From positions 5,159-69,158 of the forward strand of contig CAYONI010000003.1 of assembly GCA_964405295.1 (NCBI GenBank): a stretch of 64,000 bases of DNA, read 5' to 3'. Below, piece by piece: positions 1 through 10,085 of this stretch (position 1 is the first letter of the stretch; each line of letters starts with the position of its first letter). This DNA comes from an uncultured Methanosarcinales archaeon (lineage in GTDB: Archaea > Nanobdellota > Nanobdellia > Woesearchaeales > CAYZNE01). The notes beneath the pieces are model-generated. The model saw only the letters and a program-made list of their open reading frames with translations, searched no databases and was not told the origin of the DNA. The position numbers and the translations under genes were made by a program.

Positions 1-1038
1 TTGTATCATGCAAGACAATATGAAACACATAAATTTCAAAGAAAGAAATGGCTAGATGCTCTTGAATATTATAATCAGTTGAAAGATACTATCCCCGAAG
101 GAGAAGAATGGAAATTAGACAAAGAAAGAGAAATTTATGGTATGCCTTCAGAATTTAACATTCTAAGTAGCACAGAATCTAAAATAGATTATATTAATAG
201 AAGACTTAAAGAAGAAGAAGATTCTATGAGGCACATTCACGAATCAAGTGCAGCTGCAGATGCCCAGGCAAGACAGGCACAGGACAGCATTAATAACATT
301 CAAACAATTCATGATTATGGTATTAATAAAACTGCAGATTCTATTTCTCGTTTAGCAAAAAGAGTTTGGATAAAAAATGAGAATAAAAAAGATCCTGCAA
401 TGAAAGATTTATATTTAGCTCCAGAAAACTGGCAAACAGGGATGTTTGGTTCACACCCAAAAGAAATGACTGAAATTATTCAAGCATCTAGAAAGAAATT
501 TATTGCAGAAAATGAAATATCTATGGGTAAAGAAAAAGCAAAAAAAGTTGCAGAAAAAGTAATTAAATCAACTATAGATGTTGGGCATCTTAACCTATGG
601 AGAAAACATTTCCAAAGAAAAGATGGAGAAAATGATGGGTCTTATAATAAAAGGTTTGATAATTGGATGCTGAAAGAAATTGATAAAATGCATGAGAAAA
701 AAGTTTTAGGACATTTTCACCTTGCAGACAACTTTGGTTTTGATGATGAGCACCTAACTCCTGGGCAAGGTAATGCCCCAATAAAAGAGTTTGTAAAAAA
801 ACTAAAAGATAAAGGTTATGATGATTTTATAGTTGAAGCAGGAAGTTTTAATCCAACAACAACATTACAAGATACATGGTCATATTTTGGAACACCAGTT
901 TATTCAAGCCATCCAAGAGGAAGCTTTAGAGACTTTAGGCAAAGACATTTTGAGTATAAATCAACACCATTGTATATTGCAGGAGCTTATGCACCAAGCA
1001 ATCAATTCAAACTGTGGAGTGAAGTGCCTTTGCATTAA
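1..1038 (+). CDS. TIM-barrel protein, xylose isomerase/AP endonuclease 2-like (5' truncated)
   Basis: Metal-binding motifs APEN, TIDVGH, HFHLADNFGFDDEHL and FIVE; open frame runs off the window edge. Confidence 0.7.
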   Translation: MYHARQYETHKFQRKKWLDALEYYNQLKDTIPEGEEWKLDKEREIYGMPSEFNILSSTESKIDYINRRLKEEEDSMRHIHESSAAADAQARQAQDSINNIQTIHDYGINKTADSISRLAKRVWIKNENKKDPAMKDLYLAPENWQTGMFGSHPKEMTEIIQASRKKFIAENEISMGKEKAKKVAEKVIKSTIDVGHLNLWRKHFQRKDGENDGSYNKRFDNWMLKEIDKMHEKKVLGHFHLADNFGFDDEHLTPGQGNAPIKEFVKKLKDKGYDDFIVEAGSFNPTTTLQDTWSYFGTPVYSSHPRGSFRDFRQRHFEYKSTPLYIAGAYAPSNQFKLWSEVPLH

Positions 1039-1085
1039 CTTTTTAAATAAGATTGAATATAATTTAGTAAAAAGGGGTGTAGTAG

Positions 1086-1895
1086 TTGGATTTCAACATA
1101 AAAAAGAATCCTATTATAGAGAAACAGGAAAAAGAATGTTCTAAGCAAGATATGGACATCGCATACAAATTTTCTAAACTGATGATTAATGAGTTTCAAG
1201 ATTTTGTGAAAGCAATAGTTCTATTTGGAAGTACAGCAAGAAAAAATAATAAAAAAGGAGATATTGATATATTAATTATAGTTGATGACGTTCTTGTAAC
1301 TTTTGATAAAGCAATAGTTCAAGGATATAGAATTCTAACACAAAATATAGTACAAAAAGTTTCAGACAGATTACACATAACTACAATGAGACTAACCAAT
1401 CTTTGGGAATATATAAAAGTAGGAGACCCAATAGCAGTAAACATATTGAGAGAAGGAATTGCAATAAGAGATACAGGATTTTTTACACCACTAAAATTAT
1501 TATTATACCAAGGAAGAATAAAACCCAGTAAAGAATCAATTGTTAACTATATTTCACGAAGTGAATATTCATTACTTAGTTCTAAAAATCATATTTTAGC
1601 AGGATGTATTGACCTTTATTGGGCAGTAATTGATGCTGCAGAAGCTGCACTCATGAAAATAAATGAGATTCCACCTGGCCCAAGCCATGTTCACAATCTA
1701 ATTGAACAAAAGTTTGTAAAAACAGGCAAGATTGAGAAGAAATACTCTTTAATGTTACACGAATTCTATCACTTAAATAAAGCGATAGAACATAAAGAAA
1801 TCACATATATACCTGCAGAACAATATGATAAATATCTAAGCGATGCTCAGGATTTTGTTGAGTGCATGCAGAAGATTATTGACAGTTCGGAATAA
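1086..1895 (+). CDS. Nucleotidyltransferase (MNT) fused to HEPN-like helical domain
   Basis: LFGS...GDIDIL MNT motif; C-terminal YWAVIDAAEAAL...H HEPN-like bundle. Confidence 0.8.
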   Translation: MDFNIKKNPIIEKQEKECSKQDMDIAYKFSKLMINEFQDFVKAIVLFGSTARKNNKKGDIDILIIVDDVLVTFDKAIVQGYRILTQNIVQKVSDRLHITTMRLTNLWEYIKVGDPIAVNILREGIAIRDTGFFTPLKLLLYQGRIKPSKESIVNYISRSEYSLLSSKNHILAGCIDLYWAVIDAAEAALMKINEIPPGPSHVHNLIEQKFVKTGKIEKKYSLMLHEFYHLNKAIEHKEITYIPAEQYDKYLSDAQDFVECMQKIIDSSE

Positions 1896-1947
1896 TTCTT
1901 TTTAAATATACAAAACGTTTAAATATAGTAGTAGATATATAGGTGTT

Positions 1948-3039
1948 ATGTCGTTTGATACAAGTATAATAGAAAAGAATAGGAAAAACCTTGCACAGAA
2001 GCAGCAAGCAAAACAGGAAAGTATCAAAGCTGGCCTAAAGAGTAACAAACCTTCTTACCTTGGAAAAGTAAAAAAAGAAGAAGTTCTTTCAGTTGTCAAA
2101 AATAAAGGTCCAATTACAACAACAGAACTAAAAAGAGAATTAAAAGTTGAAACATACCTTATCTCTGCAATTCTATCAGAGCTTGTTAATAGTAAAGTTA
2201 TAAAACTTACAGATGTAAAAAAAGGCACAGGAATATTTTATTATACGCCAGGCCAAGAACCAAAACTTGAAGGGTTAATGAGTTATCTTAACCCAAAAGA
2301 TCAAGACACAGTAAAATTACTAAAAGAAAAAAAGGTTATTGAAGATAAAACACAAGAACTCTTTACAAGAGTTTCTGTAAGAAAAATTAAAGATTATGCA
2401 ACCCCAATAAATATTCGAATATCTAAAGATGAAGTAAGATTGTTCTGGAAATATTTCTTAGTTAGTGATGAAGAAGCTAAAGCAGTTATAAGAGAAATAT
2501 TAAGACCATTAGTTGAACCAAAAGCTCAAGACAAAACAAGTAAAATAGAAATAAAAGAACCAACCCAGAAACCTAAAAAAATAACTCCTATAATAAATAA
2601 GCTCATTAAAACAAAAGATAATTTGCCTTTCAAAGAAAAGAAAATAGAACAACAGAGAACATTACAACCAGTGATAAGAGATGAAAAGACTATAGATCAT
2701 AATATAGATGAAAAACTTATCGGAACAAAATTTTACGAAGAATTAAAACATAGTTTTTATGAAAAAGGAATTATAATTGAAAGTGCAAAACAAATAAGAA
2801 AAGGAAAAGATTTAGATTTAATACTTTTAATAAAAACTCCTCTTGGAAAATCAAGATATTACGCAAAGTATAAAAGCAAAAAGAGATGTAACGATGCAGA
2901 CATTAGCACCGCGGTTGTTATTGCTCAATCAAAAAATCTTCCTGCTGCATTCATCACCACTGGAGAGATTGCAAAAAAGACAAAAGAAAATATTAACACA
3001 CTGTTTCACAATGTTATGATCGTTGAGAGGTTTGAATAA
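1948..3039 (+). CDS. Conserved hypothetical protein with N-terminal winged helix
   Basis: GPITTTELKREL...LSELV wHTH pattern; abuts fen. Confidence 0.6.
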   Translation: MSFDTSIIEKNRKNLAQKQQAKQESIKAGLKSNKPSYLGKVKKEEVLSVVKNKGPITTTELKRELKVETYLISAILSELVNSKVIKLTDVKKGTGIFYYTPGQEPKLEGLMSYLNPKDQDTVKLLKEKKVIEDKTQELFTRVSVRKIKDYATPINIRISKDEVRLFWKYFLVSDEEAKAVIREILRPLVEPKAQDKTSKIEIKEPTQKPKKITPIINKLIKTKDNLPFKEKKIEQQRTLQPVIRDEKTIDHNIDEKLIGTKFYEELKHSFYEKGIIIESAKQIRKGKDLDLILLIKTPLGKSRYYAKYKSKKRCNDADISTAVVIAQSKNLPAAFITTGEIAKKTKENINTLFHNVMIVERFE

Positions 3040-3040
3040 G

Positions 3041-4063
3041 GTGGGAACAGCAATAACTAGTATATTAAAGATAAAAGAAATTCAAATCAAAGATCTTGCA
3101 AATAAGATTCTTGTTGTTGACGGACAGAATATGCTCTATCAATTTCTAACAACAATAAGACAACAAGACGGATCTTTGTTAACAGATTCAAAAGGTAGAG
3201 TTACAAGTCATTTAATTGGTTTAATCTCAAGAGTTACTAATTTTCTTGGTAAAAAACTAAAACTAGTGTTTGTTTTTGATGGAGAAGCCCCAGAACTAAA
3301 GCATAAAGAACTTCAAAAAAGAAAAGAAGGCAAAATACATGCAGAGAAACAATATGAAGAAGCGAAATCTGCAAAGAACATTGAAGATATGAAAAAGTTT
3401 GCAGGAAGAACAACAAGATTAACAAAAGAAATGGTTGCAGAAGCAACATTACTTCTAAAAGCAATGGGAATTCCTGTTATCCAAGCACCATCTGAAGGAG
3501 AATGCCAAGCTTCACACATGGTTGCAAGAGGAGATGCCTATGCAGTTGTCAGTCAAGATGCAGATTCATTGGTTTTTGGTGCAACAAGAGTTGTCCGTAA
3601 TCTAAATGTTTCTGGCAAAAGAAAAGTTGGCGCAATGTACAAATCTATTAGCCCTGAACTAATTGGATTAACAGAAAACCTTAACGAGTTAGGTATTGAC
3701 AGAGAACAACTCATCCTTGTTTCTATGCTCGTGGGAACAGACTTTAATATTGGTGGAATAAAAGGTATTGGTCCTAAGAAAGCATTAAAGTTAGTTAAAG
3801 AATTCAAAGATCAAGAAAAGATATTTGAAGAGGCAAAATGGGATGAACATTTTGATATTAGTTGGAAAAGAGTTTATGATACAATAAAAAATATTCCTGT
3901 TACAGATGATTATAAAATTAAATGGGAAAACTTTAATAGGGATAAAATAATTAAATTACTTGTTGATGAACATGATTTCTCGATGGATAGAGTTAATTCT
4001 CTTCTTGAGAAACTTGAGAGTGCGAATAAGGAAAAGATGCAGAAGAGCTTATTTGAATACTAG
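3041..4063 (+). CDS. fen: Flap endonuclease 1
   Basis: VDGQNMLYQFL, VFDG, APSEGE, SQDADS, GTDFN and GIGPKKA motifs; PIP box QKSLFEY; GTG start chosen at 3041. Confidence 0.96.
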   Translation: MGTAITSILKIKEIQIKDLANKILVVDGQNMLYQFLTTIRQQDGSLLTDSKGRVTSHLIGLISRVTNFLGKKLKLVFVFDGEAPELKHKELQKRKEGKIHAEKQYEEAKSAKNIEDMKKFAGRTTRLTKEMVAEATLLLKAMGIPVIQAPSEGECQASHMVARGDAYAVVSQDADSLVFGATRVVRNLNVSGKRKVGAMYKSISPELIGLTENLNELGIDREQLILVSMLVGTDFNIGGIKGIGPKKALKLVKEFKDQEKIFEEAKWDEHFDISWKRVYDTIKNIPVTDDYKIKWENFNRDKIIKLLVDEHDFSMDRVNSLLEKLESANKEKMQKSLFEY

Positions 4064-4072
4064 GTGAGATAA

Positions 4073-4660
4073 ATGAAAATACCAACTGAAATAACAGAAC
4101 ATAAAATTATGAGGCAAAAGTCTAGATTTATTGCACACATCATACCAATTGAATCAGTAAATGAGCTTAGCCCTCACCTAGACAAAATAAAAGAGAAATA
4201 CAAACAAGCAACACACATTCCCTATGCATATAAATTAACAAAATATGAAGATGGAATGATTACCAATAATGAAAGATATTCTGATGGAGGAGAACCAACT
4301 AAAACTGCAGGATATCCTTTACTGAGATTAATTCACAATAAAAAATTGACAAACATCTTAATTATTGTTGTTAGAATCTATGGTGGTGTAAAACTTGGCA
4401 TGGGTGGATTGATGAAAGCATTTACAGAGGTTGCAGAAGTCGCACTTGAGAATAATAAAATTATTGAAAAAGAATTATGTGAAGAAATTAAACTAAAAAC
4501 AAATATTAAAGATTACAAAAATCTTGAAATTATTCTAAAGAAACACAAAATAAAATTTAAGCACGAGTTTGGTTCAGATGCAGTTAGAGTCACAGCGTTT
4601 ATTCCAATAGATAGGGAAGAAGAGCTCAAAAATCATATAAAACAATTTTTGGCACCATAA
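4073..4660 (+). CDS. YigZ/IMPACT family protein
   Basis: KSRFIA, ATH..YAY, SDGGEP..TAG, VVRIYGGVKLGMGGL. Confidence 0.92.
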   Translation: MKIPTEITEHKIMRQKSRFIAHIIPIESVNELSPHLDKIKEKYKQATHIPYAYKLTKYEDGMITNNERYSDGGEPTKTAGYPLLRLIHNKKLTNILIIVVRIYGGVKLGMGGLMKAFTEVAEVALENNKIIEKELCEEIKLKTNIKDYKNLEIILKKHKIKFKHEFGSDAVRVTAFIPIDREEELKNHIKQFLAP

Positions 4661-4809
4661 TACTGGAAATAAAAGAAGTGCTTAACAATTATATTTAAAT
4701 TGTTGGCGACTATAAGCAGATATTGAGCAGTTATCTCAAGGACAAGCCAGGTCAAAGCTAATTGCAAAACCTTAAATATGATGTAGATATTAAACAAAAT
4801 ATAACTAAA

Positions 4810-5520
4810 ATGCAAGCATATTATAATGAGGAAATTGTTCCTAGTGAAGTCAAGGAAAATTATTATGAAATAAGATTCTATGGAGATGACTTTGACTGTT
4901 TATTCTCAGATAGAGAGTATAATGAGTTCTTAACATATGAATTAAAAGATATTTCCATAATTAAGAATAAAATAAAAGAAATAATGCCTGAAGGAATATT
5001 AATTAGTGGTGGAGAACCTCTACTCCAAAGACAAACCCTATTAAATATATTTAACTTTTGCAAAAAGAACAAAATAAAAACAGGAATAATAACTAATGCT
5101 AGCAAACCAGAAGTTCTTGGAAGCTTACTTAAATCAGGAATTGTTGATACAGTTATTGTTGATCTAAAAACAGGAAAAGACAATTTTAAAAAAATAACAA
5201 AAGCAGGAACCTTCTTTAAACCAACAAAAGAAATTTATGAAGATGTCCTAAAAAGTATTAGAATTCTAAAGAAATATGATCAAGAAACAGAAATAATATT
5301 TAGAACAACCGTTATTCCAGGTTATGTTTTTAGAAAAGAGACTTTTATCGAAATTGGAAAATCAATAAAAGATATCAATGCAATATGGGAACTTAACAAG
5401 TTTATTGCAGATGAGAAATCACTTTTCAGAAATATTTCTCCCCCTTCAGATAATTTTATGATCAATCTCAGAGAAATTCTAGAAAAAGAATTTGACAAAA
5501 TAAAGGTTTTAATAGATTAA
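4810..5520 (+). CDS. Radical-SAM activase-like protein with degenerate Cys motif
   Basis: ISGGEPLLQ, ITNAS, VDLK and FRTTVIP motifs; GDDFDCLFS stands where GCxxxCxxC is expected; start uncertain. Confidence 0.7.
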   Translation: MQAYYNEEIVPSEVKENYYEIRFYGDDFDCLFSDREYNEFLTYELKDISIIKNKIKEIMPEGILISGGEPLLQRQTLLNIFNFCKKNKIKTGIITNASKPEVLGSLLKSGIVDTVIVDLKTGKDNFKKITKAGTFFKPTKEIYEDVLKSIRILKKYDQETEIIFRTTVIPGYVFRKETFIEIGKSIKDINAIWELNKFIADEKSLFRNISPPSDNFMINLREILEKEFDKIKVLID

Positions 5521-5538
5521 AATTGAAAACCTTTTTAT

Positions 5539-6345
5539 ATGAATAACCTAAAAGTAAAATGTATGAAAAGAAAAATTACATTTATCATGATTCTTAGTTT
5601 ATTACTAATAATAGTTTCTCAAACAGCTACAGCAACACAATACTCTGATATAAATGAATCTGCAATGCAAATTCATTTATTTAATCCAAAATACAATTTT
5701 ACTTATGATAACGTGACTCGTTTAGTATTTAACTTTGAATCAACTGGAACTTGTGATGTCTATACTAATTATACTGGAAGATGGAAAAAGATTGGTGAAA
5801 AGTTCTGGATCTTAGATGGTAGTGGAACTGCACAAATAATTTATGTAAATTTTACTAATGCAGGTACATATGATTGGAATGTTCATTGTTATAATGTAAG
5901 TGGAGGAGATAGCACCTGGGCAGAAGAATACAACAGACAATTTTATATTGTCCCCCCAATAGATCCTCCTGAAATAAATGATACTGAAGAGATAAATCAA
6001 ACACCACAAAATAACGAAACAAACCAAACAATAAACAATACTCAAACACCACAAAATAACGAAACAAACCAAACACAAACAAACGAAAGTGTAAATATCA
6101 AAGAACCGGTTCTACTTAATTGCGCTGGTTGTGAAAATAAGGGTATTTGCTACGAATTTGAAGCGAAAATTATGATTGATGGTAAACAAGCTACATGTAA
6201 TCCAGAAGGAGTATTTACAAGACCAATGGAGAATGGTGAGACTTGTTCAGAAAATGCTGATTGCGCATCTAACTATTGTCTAAATAGTTTTTGTAGAACT
6301 GATTGGATCATAACAACAATTCTTGCCGCATTTGGATTTTATTAA
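5539..6345 (+). CDS. Secreted/surface protein with Ig-like domain, N/T/Q linker and Cys-rich C-terminus
   Basis: Signal peptide, many N-x-S/T sequons, CxxNxxCxSNxC motif; start may be 5563. Confidence 0.7.
   Translation: MNNLKVKCMKRKITFIMILSLLLIIVSQTATATQYSDINESAMQIHLFNPKYNFTYDNVTRLVFNFESTGTCDVYTNYTGRWKKIGEKFWILDGSGTAQIIYVNFTNAGTYDWNVHCYNVSGGDSTWAEEYNRQFYIVPPIDPPEINDTEEINQTPQNNETNQTINNTQTPQNNETNQTQTNESVNIKEPVLLNCAGCENKGICYEFEAKIMIDGKQATCNPEGVFTRPMENGETCSENADCASNYCLNSFCRTDWIITTILAAFGFY
5997..6075 (+). repeat. 34-bp intragenic direct repeat (QTPQNNETNQT x2)
   Basis: TCAAACACCACAAAATAACGAAACAAACCAAACA at 5997 and 6042. Confidence 0.9.
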
Positions 6346-6361
6346 ACTAAAATTTATATTT

Positions 6362-6700
6362 TTAATGATCACAACCAACTGTTAAATCTTCTAAATTATC
6401 AATATTTTCTATAACTTCTTTAAGAATATGGAAATTACCAGTTTTCATAGCAACTTCTTTCTCAGCAAAAAGCCCTAGAGCCCTTTTACCAACACCTAAA
6501 GAAAATACGGCATCAGGTTCAAATTTCATCATTTGATCTACCGGAGTTAAATGAGCATTTGAATGATTAATTTCATTCTTAACTATGCTTAAATCTTTTG
6601 TTTTAGTATCAAATATTGCAAAATAAAGGCAATGACCAAAATGCTCACTTAAAACTGAATATTCTCCATTATTATTGTTTATAGCAATTAGCAATTTCAT
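6362..6700 (-). CDS. NifB/NifX family (FeMo-cofactor-binding fold) protein
   Basis: SEHFGHCLYFAIFD, GVGKRA motifs. Confidence 0.85.
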   Translation of the reverse strand: MKLLIAINNNNGEYSVLSEHFGHCLYFAIFDTKTKDLSIVKNEINHSNAHLTPVDQMMKFEPDAVFSLGVGKRALGLFAEKEVAMKTGNFHILKEVIENIDNLEDLTVGCDH

Positions 6701-6701
6701 T

Positions 6702-7025
6702 TTATAACACCTCAAATGCTTGTTTTATGGTTTTGTTTGGTATTTCTTTATATTTAATTCCTTTTTCTTCTAGCACAGGAATCATATTAGAACCAAATTT
6801 ACCTGCAACAACCAATCCTACATTTTCTTTAGCAAGCATGTGCGCAACACTAAATCCTGCGCCACCACTACCTTTTGCAAAAGGATTCTTTATTACTTTT
6901 ACTAGCTTCTTGTCTTCAAATAACAAAAAATATGGGGTTCGCCCTGCAGTTGGACAAATCATTGCATCAATATTGTCTTTTTCAGCTGCTATTGCTACTT
7001 TTATATTTTCATTTTTATCTTCCAT
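6702..7025 (-). CDS. NifB/NifX family protein
   Basis: GRTPYFLLF, NPF...GAG, AGKFGSN. Confidence 0.85.
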   Translation of the reverse strand: MEDKNENIKVAIAAEKDNIDAMICPTAGRTPYFLLFEDKKLVKVIKNPFAKGSGGAGFSVAHMLAKENVGLVVAGKFGSNMIPVLEEKGIKYKEIPNKTIKQAFEVL

Positions 7026-7036
7026 TTTTTACCTTC

Positions 7037-8380
7037 TTATTTATTTCTATTAAAAATAACAGTTTGAGCTGCACTTATTATTGGGTATTTTGTTGGTGCA
7101 GCTGTTAATTTTGGGTGAGTTGCAACTTGCAAAGTCTCTAATTCTGTTAATAATGTATTTTTTTGTATTGCTAAACCAATAATATTAATTAATTCACCAC
7201 AAGAACATCCACCTGCAACTTGACCACCCAGTAACTTTTCTGATTCTTTAGAAAATAATAGTTTCAGTTTAATATTAGCTACACCGGGCATCTTTCCCGG
7301 ATGTTTATCAGGACATTCTACAGATCCGACCATAATATTCATACCCTTTTTATTGGCAGCAGTTTCAGTTAATCCTACTGCAGCAAGTGTTAAATTACCA
7401 ATTTCTGTTGAATAACTAGCTATAGTACCTTTACTTTTTAATTTAGCATCTTCTTTGTAAAGGTTCAATCCAGCAATTCTTGCTTCAGCAGTTGCAATAG
7501 ATGCCAGCATTATATTAACAGGATCCTGTGTGAAAAAAGATTTCTTTTCTGCACAATCTCCAACTGCGAATATATTTGGATCTGAAGTTTCCATATATTC
7601 ATTAACTATGATTCCTTTATGTTTATCAACAACTACACCTGCTTGTTCAGCTAATTTAGAGTTAGGTGTTGCACCCATACCTAAAATAACCATATCCGCA
7701 GGGATGGAATTACCATTAGAAAGAGAAACTGAATTAACCTCTTCATCTCCGTTTATTTTTTCAACTTTAGACCCAGTAATTATATTAACACCCTGTTTAG
7801 AAAGAAAATCATGCGCTAGTTGCGCAAATTCTTTATCAAATGAATTTGAAAGAATATCAGCACTTAACTCAACAAGATAAATATTAACCTCATTTAATTT
7901 AGATAATTCATCAGCAAATTCAACTCCAATAAATCCTCCACCAATTATAACAATATTTTTTGATGCAAATATTTTTTCTTTTAAATTTTTAAGATAATTA
8001 AACTCCTTGTAAATTGAATAAACTCCTTTTTTTTCAACACCTTCTATTTTTGGAATTATCGGGTTTGATCCTATAGCAAGAATTAATTTTTCATATTCAA
8101 ATGAATCATTATTAGTTTTTATTACTTTTAATTCTTTATTTATATTAATAACTTCATCAACCTTAATCTCTACTTTATTACTTGTTAATGGAGCATCTCC
8201 CAAAAGATTATCTTCTGGATTCTCTAACGTTTTAAACATATAAGGAATACCACAGGGTACAACCCCCTTGCCAACACTTTTTATAAGTAAAATTTTCTTA
8301 TTTGGATAGTGTTTTCGTGCAGTAACTGCACTAATTATTCCTGCAGGGCCACCACCAATAACTATAATTTCATATTTCAT
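7037..8380 (-). CDS. FAD-dependent pyridine nucleotide-disulfide oxidoreductase (CoA-disulfide reductase/NADH oxidase-like)
   Basis: GGGPAG, PCGIPY, GGGFIGVE, FAVGDC. Confidence 0.92.
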   Translation of the reverse strand: MKYEIIVIGGGPAGIISAVTARKHYPNKKILLIKSVGKGVVPCGIPYMFKTLENPEDNLLGDAPLTSNKVEIKVDEVININKELKVIKTNNDSFEYEKLILAIGSNPIIPKIEGVEKKGVYSIYKEFNYLKNLKEKIFASKNIVIIGGGFIGVEFADELSKLNEVNIYLVELSADILSNSFDKEFAQLAHDFLSKQGVNIITGSKVEKINGDEEVNSVSLSNGNSIPADMVILGMGATPNSKLAEQAGVVVDKHKGIIVNEYMETSDPNIFAVGDCAEKKSFFTQDPVNIMLASIATAEARIAGLNLYKEDAKLKSKGTIASYSTEIGNLTLAAVGLTETAANKKGMNIMVGSVECPDKHPGKMPGVANIKLKLLFSKESEKLLGGQVAGGCSCGELINIIGLAIQKNTLLTELETLQVATHPKLTAAPTKYPIISAAQTVIFNRNK

Positions 8381-8434
8381 TTTTACACCTTATTCTTTTT
8401 TATTAATTAAAAATAAATACATATAATAAATTAA

Positions 8435-8953
8435 TTATTTAAAAATCCTATGCCTTTTTACTACCATTAACTTTTCTATAAGTAGTCCTTGAGCAACAGA
8501 TATGAAAATCATTACTATTGTCAATACTATTGTGAACAATAAACCAAAATATACAATAATCATTGGCAATAAGGGTATTTTAATTGCACGATTATATAAG
8601 AATGCAGCAATCAATCCTTTTCTTACACCTTCCTCTTCTAATTCACTGAGCAAAGGATACCACATATAAATTGGGCCTGTTGAAATTATCCCTGCAACTA
8701 TTGAAATAAACCATCCTTTAATCCCCGATTTCTTTCCCATATACTTAACAAGGGTTTTGTGTTTTACAAAATAATTAGTTATAACCATTAAAACAAAAAC
8801 TAATAATATAATAGGAATAACTTTTAATATTGTCTCTAGAAAAATCTTTATTGTTGGAGCAATAATATTAGAATCAATAAAAAACGTAACTATATACGCA
8901 AGTATTACCATTAATAAAAAATACCACCCTGTATAACTTTTTTCAGTGGTCAT
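8435..8953 (-). CDS. Predicted permease (DUF318-like)
   Basis: Multi-TM protein with STGPIYMWYPL motif. Confidence 0.75.
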   Translation of the reverse strand: MTTEKSYTGWYFLLMVILAYIVTFFIDSNIIAPTIKIFLETILKVIPIILLVFVLMVITNYFVKHKTLVKYMGKKSGIKGWFISIVAGIISTGPIYMWYPLLSELEEEGVRKGLIAAFLYNRAIKIPLLPMIIVYFGLLFTIVLTIVMIFISVAQGLLIEKLMVVKRHRIFK

Positions 8954-9375
8954 AGTAAACTCACCACACCAACTGTAATTACTGCCACAATAATTGAAAA
9001 TACAAATGCAGTAATATTTCTTGTTATAGCAAATCTCTTTCCTAATAACATTGATTCAGCAGGTAATTGCACTAATCCAACAGTAACCCATGCAACAATA
9101 AATGCTGTTACTGCAATCAAACTTACTCCTTGAGTTAAAAGTTCTCCTCCAATAATATAACTGGTAATTGGATTTCCTGCAAGAATGCTCCCTATTGAAC
9201 TTCCTATGATTGAATCAATTAAATAATTATTTTTGAATAATAATGAATAGGCAGAAGTAGGGATTATTGTACTAATTAAACTAATTAGTAAAATTACCCC
9301 TAACAATATTGGAAGTGAATTTCCCAATCCTTTTCCTGCTTTTACTACAGATTGTTTAAGTTTTTTTATGTTCAT
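8950..9375 (-). CDS. Predicted permease, partner subunit
   Basis: Multi-TM protein with AGNPITSYIIGGEL and QLPAE; 4-bp overlap with the next gene. Confidence 0.75.
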   Translation of the reverse strand: MNIKKLKQSVVKAGKGLGNSLPILLGVILLISLISTIIPTSAYSLLFKNNYLIDSIIGSSIGSILAGNPITSYIIGGELLTQGVSLIAVTAFIVAWVTVGLVQLPAESMLLGKRFAITRNITAFVFSIIVAVITVGVVSLL

Positions 9376-9379
9376 CTTT

Positions 9380-9880
9380 TTAATCTGTTTTTCTTCCTAA
9401 TCCTCGACCAACTCTTTGACCTCTACCTCGACCAGTTCTTGGACCATTACCTTGTCCGTTCCTTGGGCCTCGAGCCATTCCTTGTCTTGGTTGATCTGAT
9501 TCATAACCAGGTTTATCATTTCCATTACAATAACCTAGTCCTCTTCCTGTCTTTGGACCTTTTCCTTCTGGTCCAGTTTTATCTCCTTTGGGCATTTTAA
9601 ATGCACCTCCATGTATTTTTATGGCTTGACCATTTATTAGTGCTTGTGCAACTTTTTTTCTTGCACTTGCTAAATTTCTTTGAAATGTCGATTGATGCAC
9701 CTGCATTTTCTCTGCAGCGTCTGCTTGAGATAAATTTTCTATCTCACTCAATCTTAGACACTCCAATTCAACATAGGTTAATTCAGTTATACCAACCTCC
9801 CTCAACCTTACACCTTGTGGCTTAAAGTAAGTCACATCAGGCATAAATTCTATGTTTCTAAATCTTCTTGGTCTTGCCAT
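9380..9880 (-). CDS. DUF134 DNA-binding protein fused to Gly/Arg-rich DUF5320-like tail
   Basis: MARPRR..., SQADAAEKMQV...ARKKVAQALING, then MPKGDKTGPEGKGPKTGRGLGYC. Confidence 0.85.
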   Translation of the reverse strand: MARPRRFRNIEFMPDVTYFKPQGVRLREVGITELTYVELECLRLSEIENLSQADAAEKMQVHQSTFQRNLASARKKVAQALINGQAIKIHGGAFKMPKGDKTGPEGKGPKTGRGLGYCNGNDKPGYESDQPRQGMARGPRNGQGNGPRTGRGRGQRVGRGLGRKTD

Positions 9881-9899
9881 TATGCATTATAATGCATAA
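9880..9899. promoter_or_regulatory. Perfect 20-bp palindrome, putative operator of the DUF134 operon
   Basis: TTATGCATTATAATGCATAA lies between a TATA-like box (~9904-9911) and the start codon. Confidence 0.65.
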
Positions 9900-9946
9900 C
9901 TGATATATAAACTTTTTGATGTTATTGTGGGTTTTATGTAGAAAAA

Positions 9947-10066
9947 AGCCTCTGCCAAGAATTGCACTCGGGATCTTCTGCTTTCTTTAAAGTCCTTACT
10001 TTAAAGGACCAAAAACCGTGGTTTTTGTTTACGAGGCAGATGCATTAGCTACTATGCTACAGAGGC
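9947..10066 (-). tRNA. tRNA-Thr(CGU) with 47-nt intron (9983-10029)
   Basis: Acceptor GCCTCTG/CAGAGGC, U73, anticodon stem TCTGC/GCAGA, CT-CGT-A|intron|A; variant T-loop TGCAATT. Confidence 0.88.
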
Positions 10067-10085
10067 ATGAATAAAGAACAATGAA

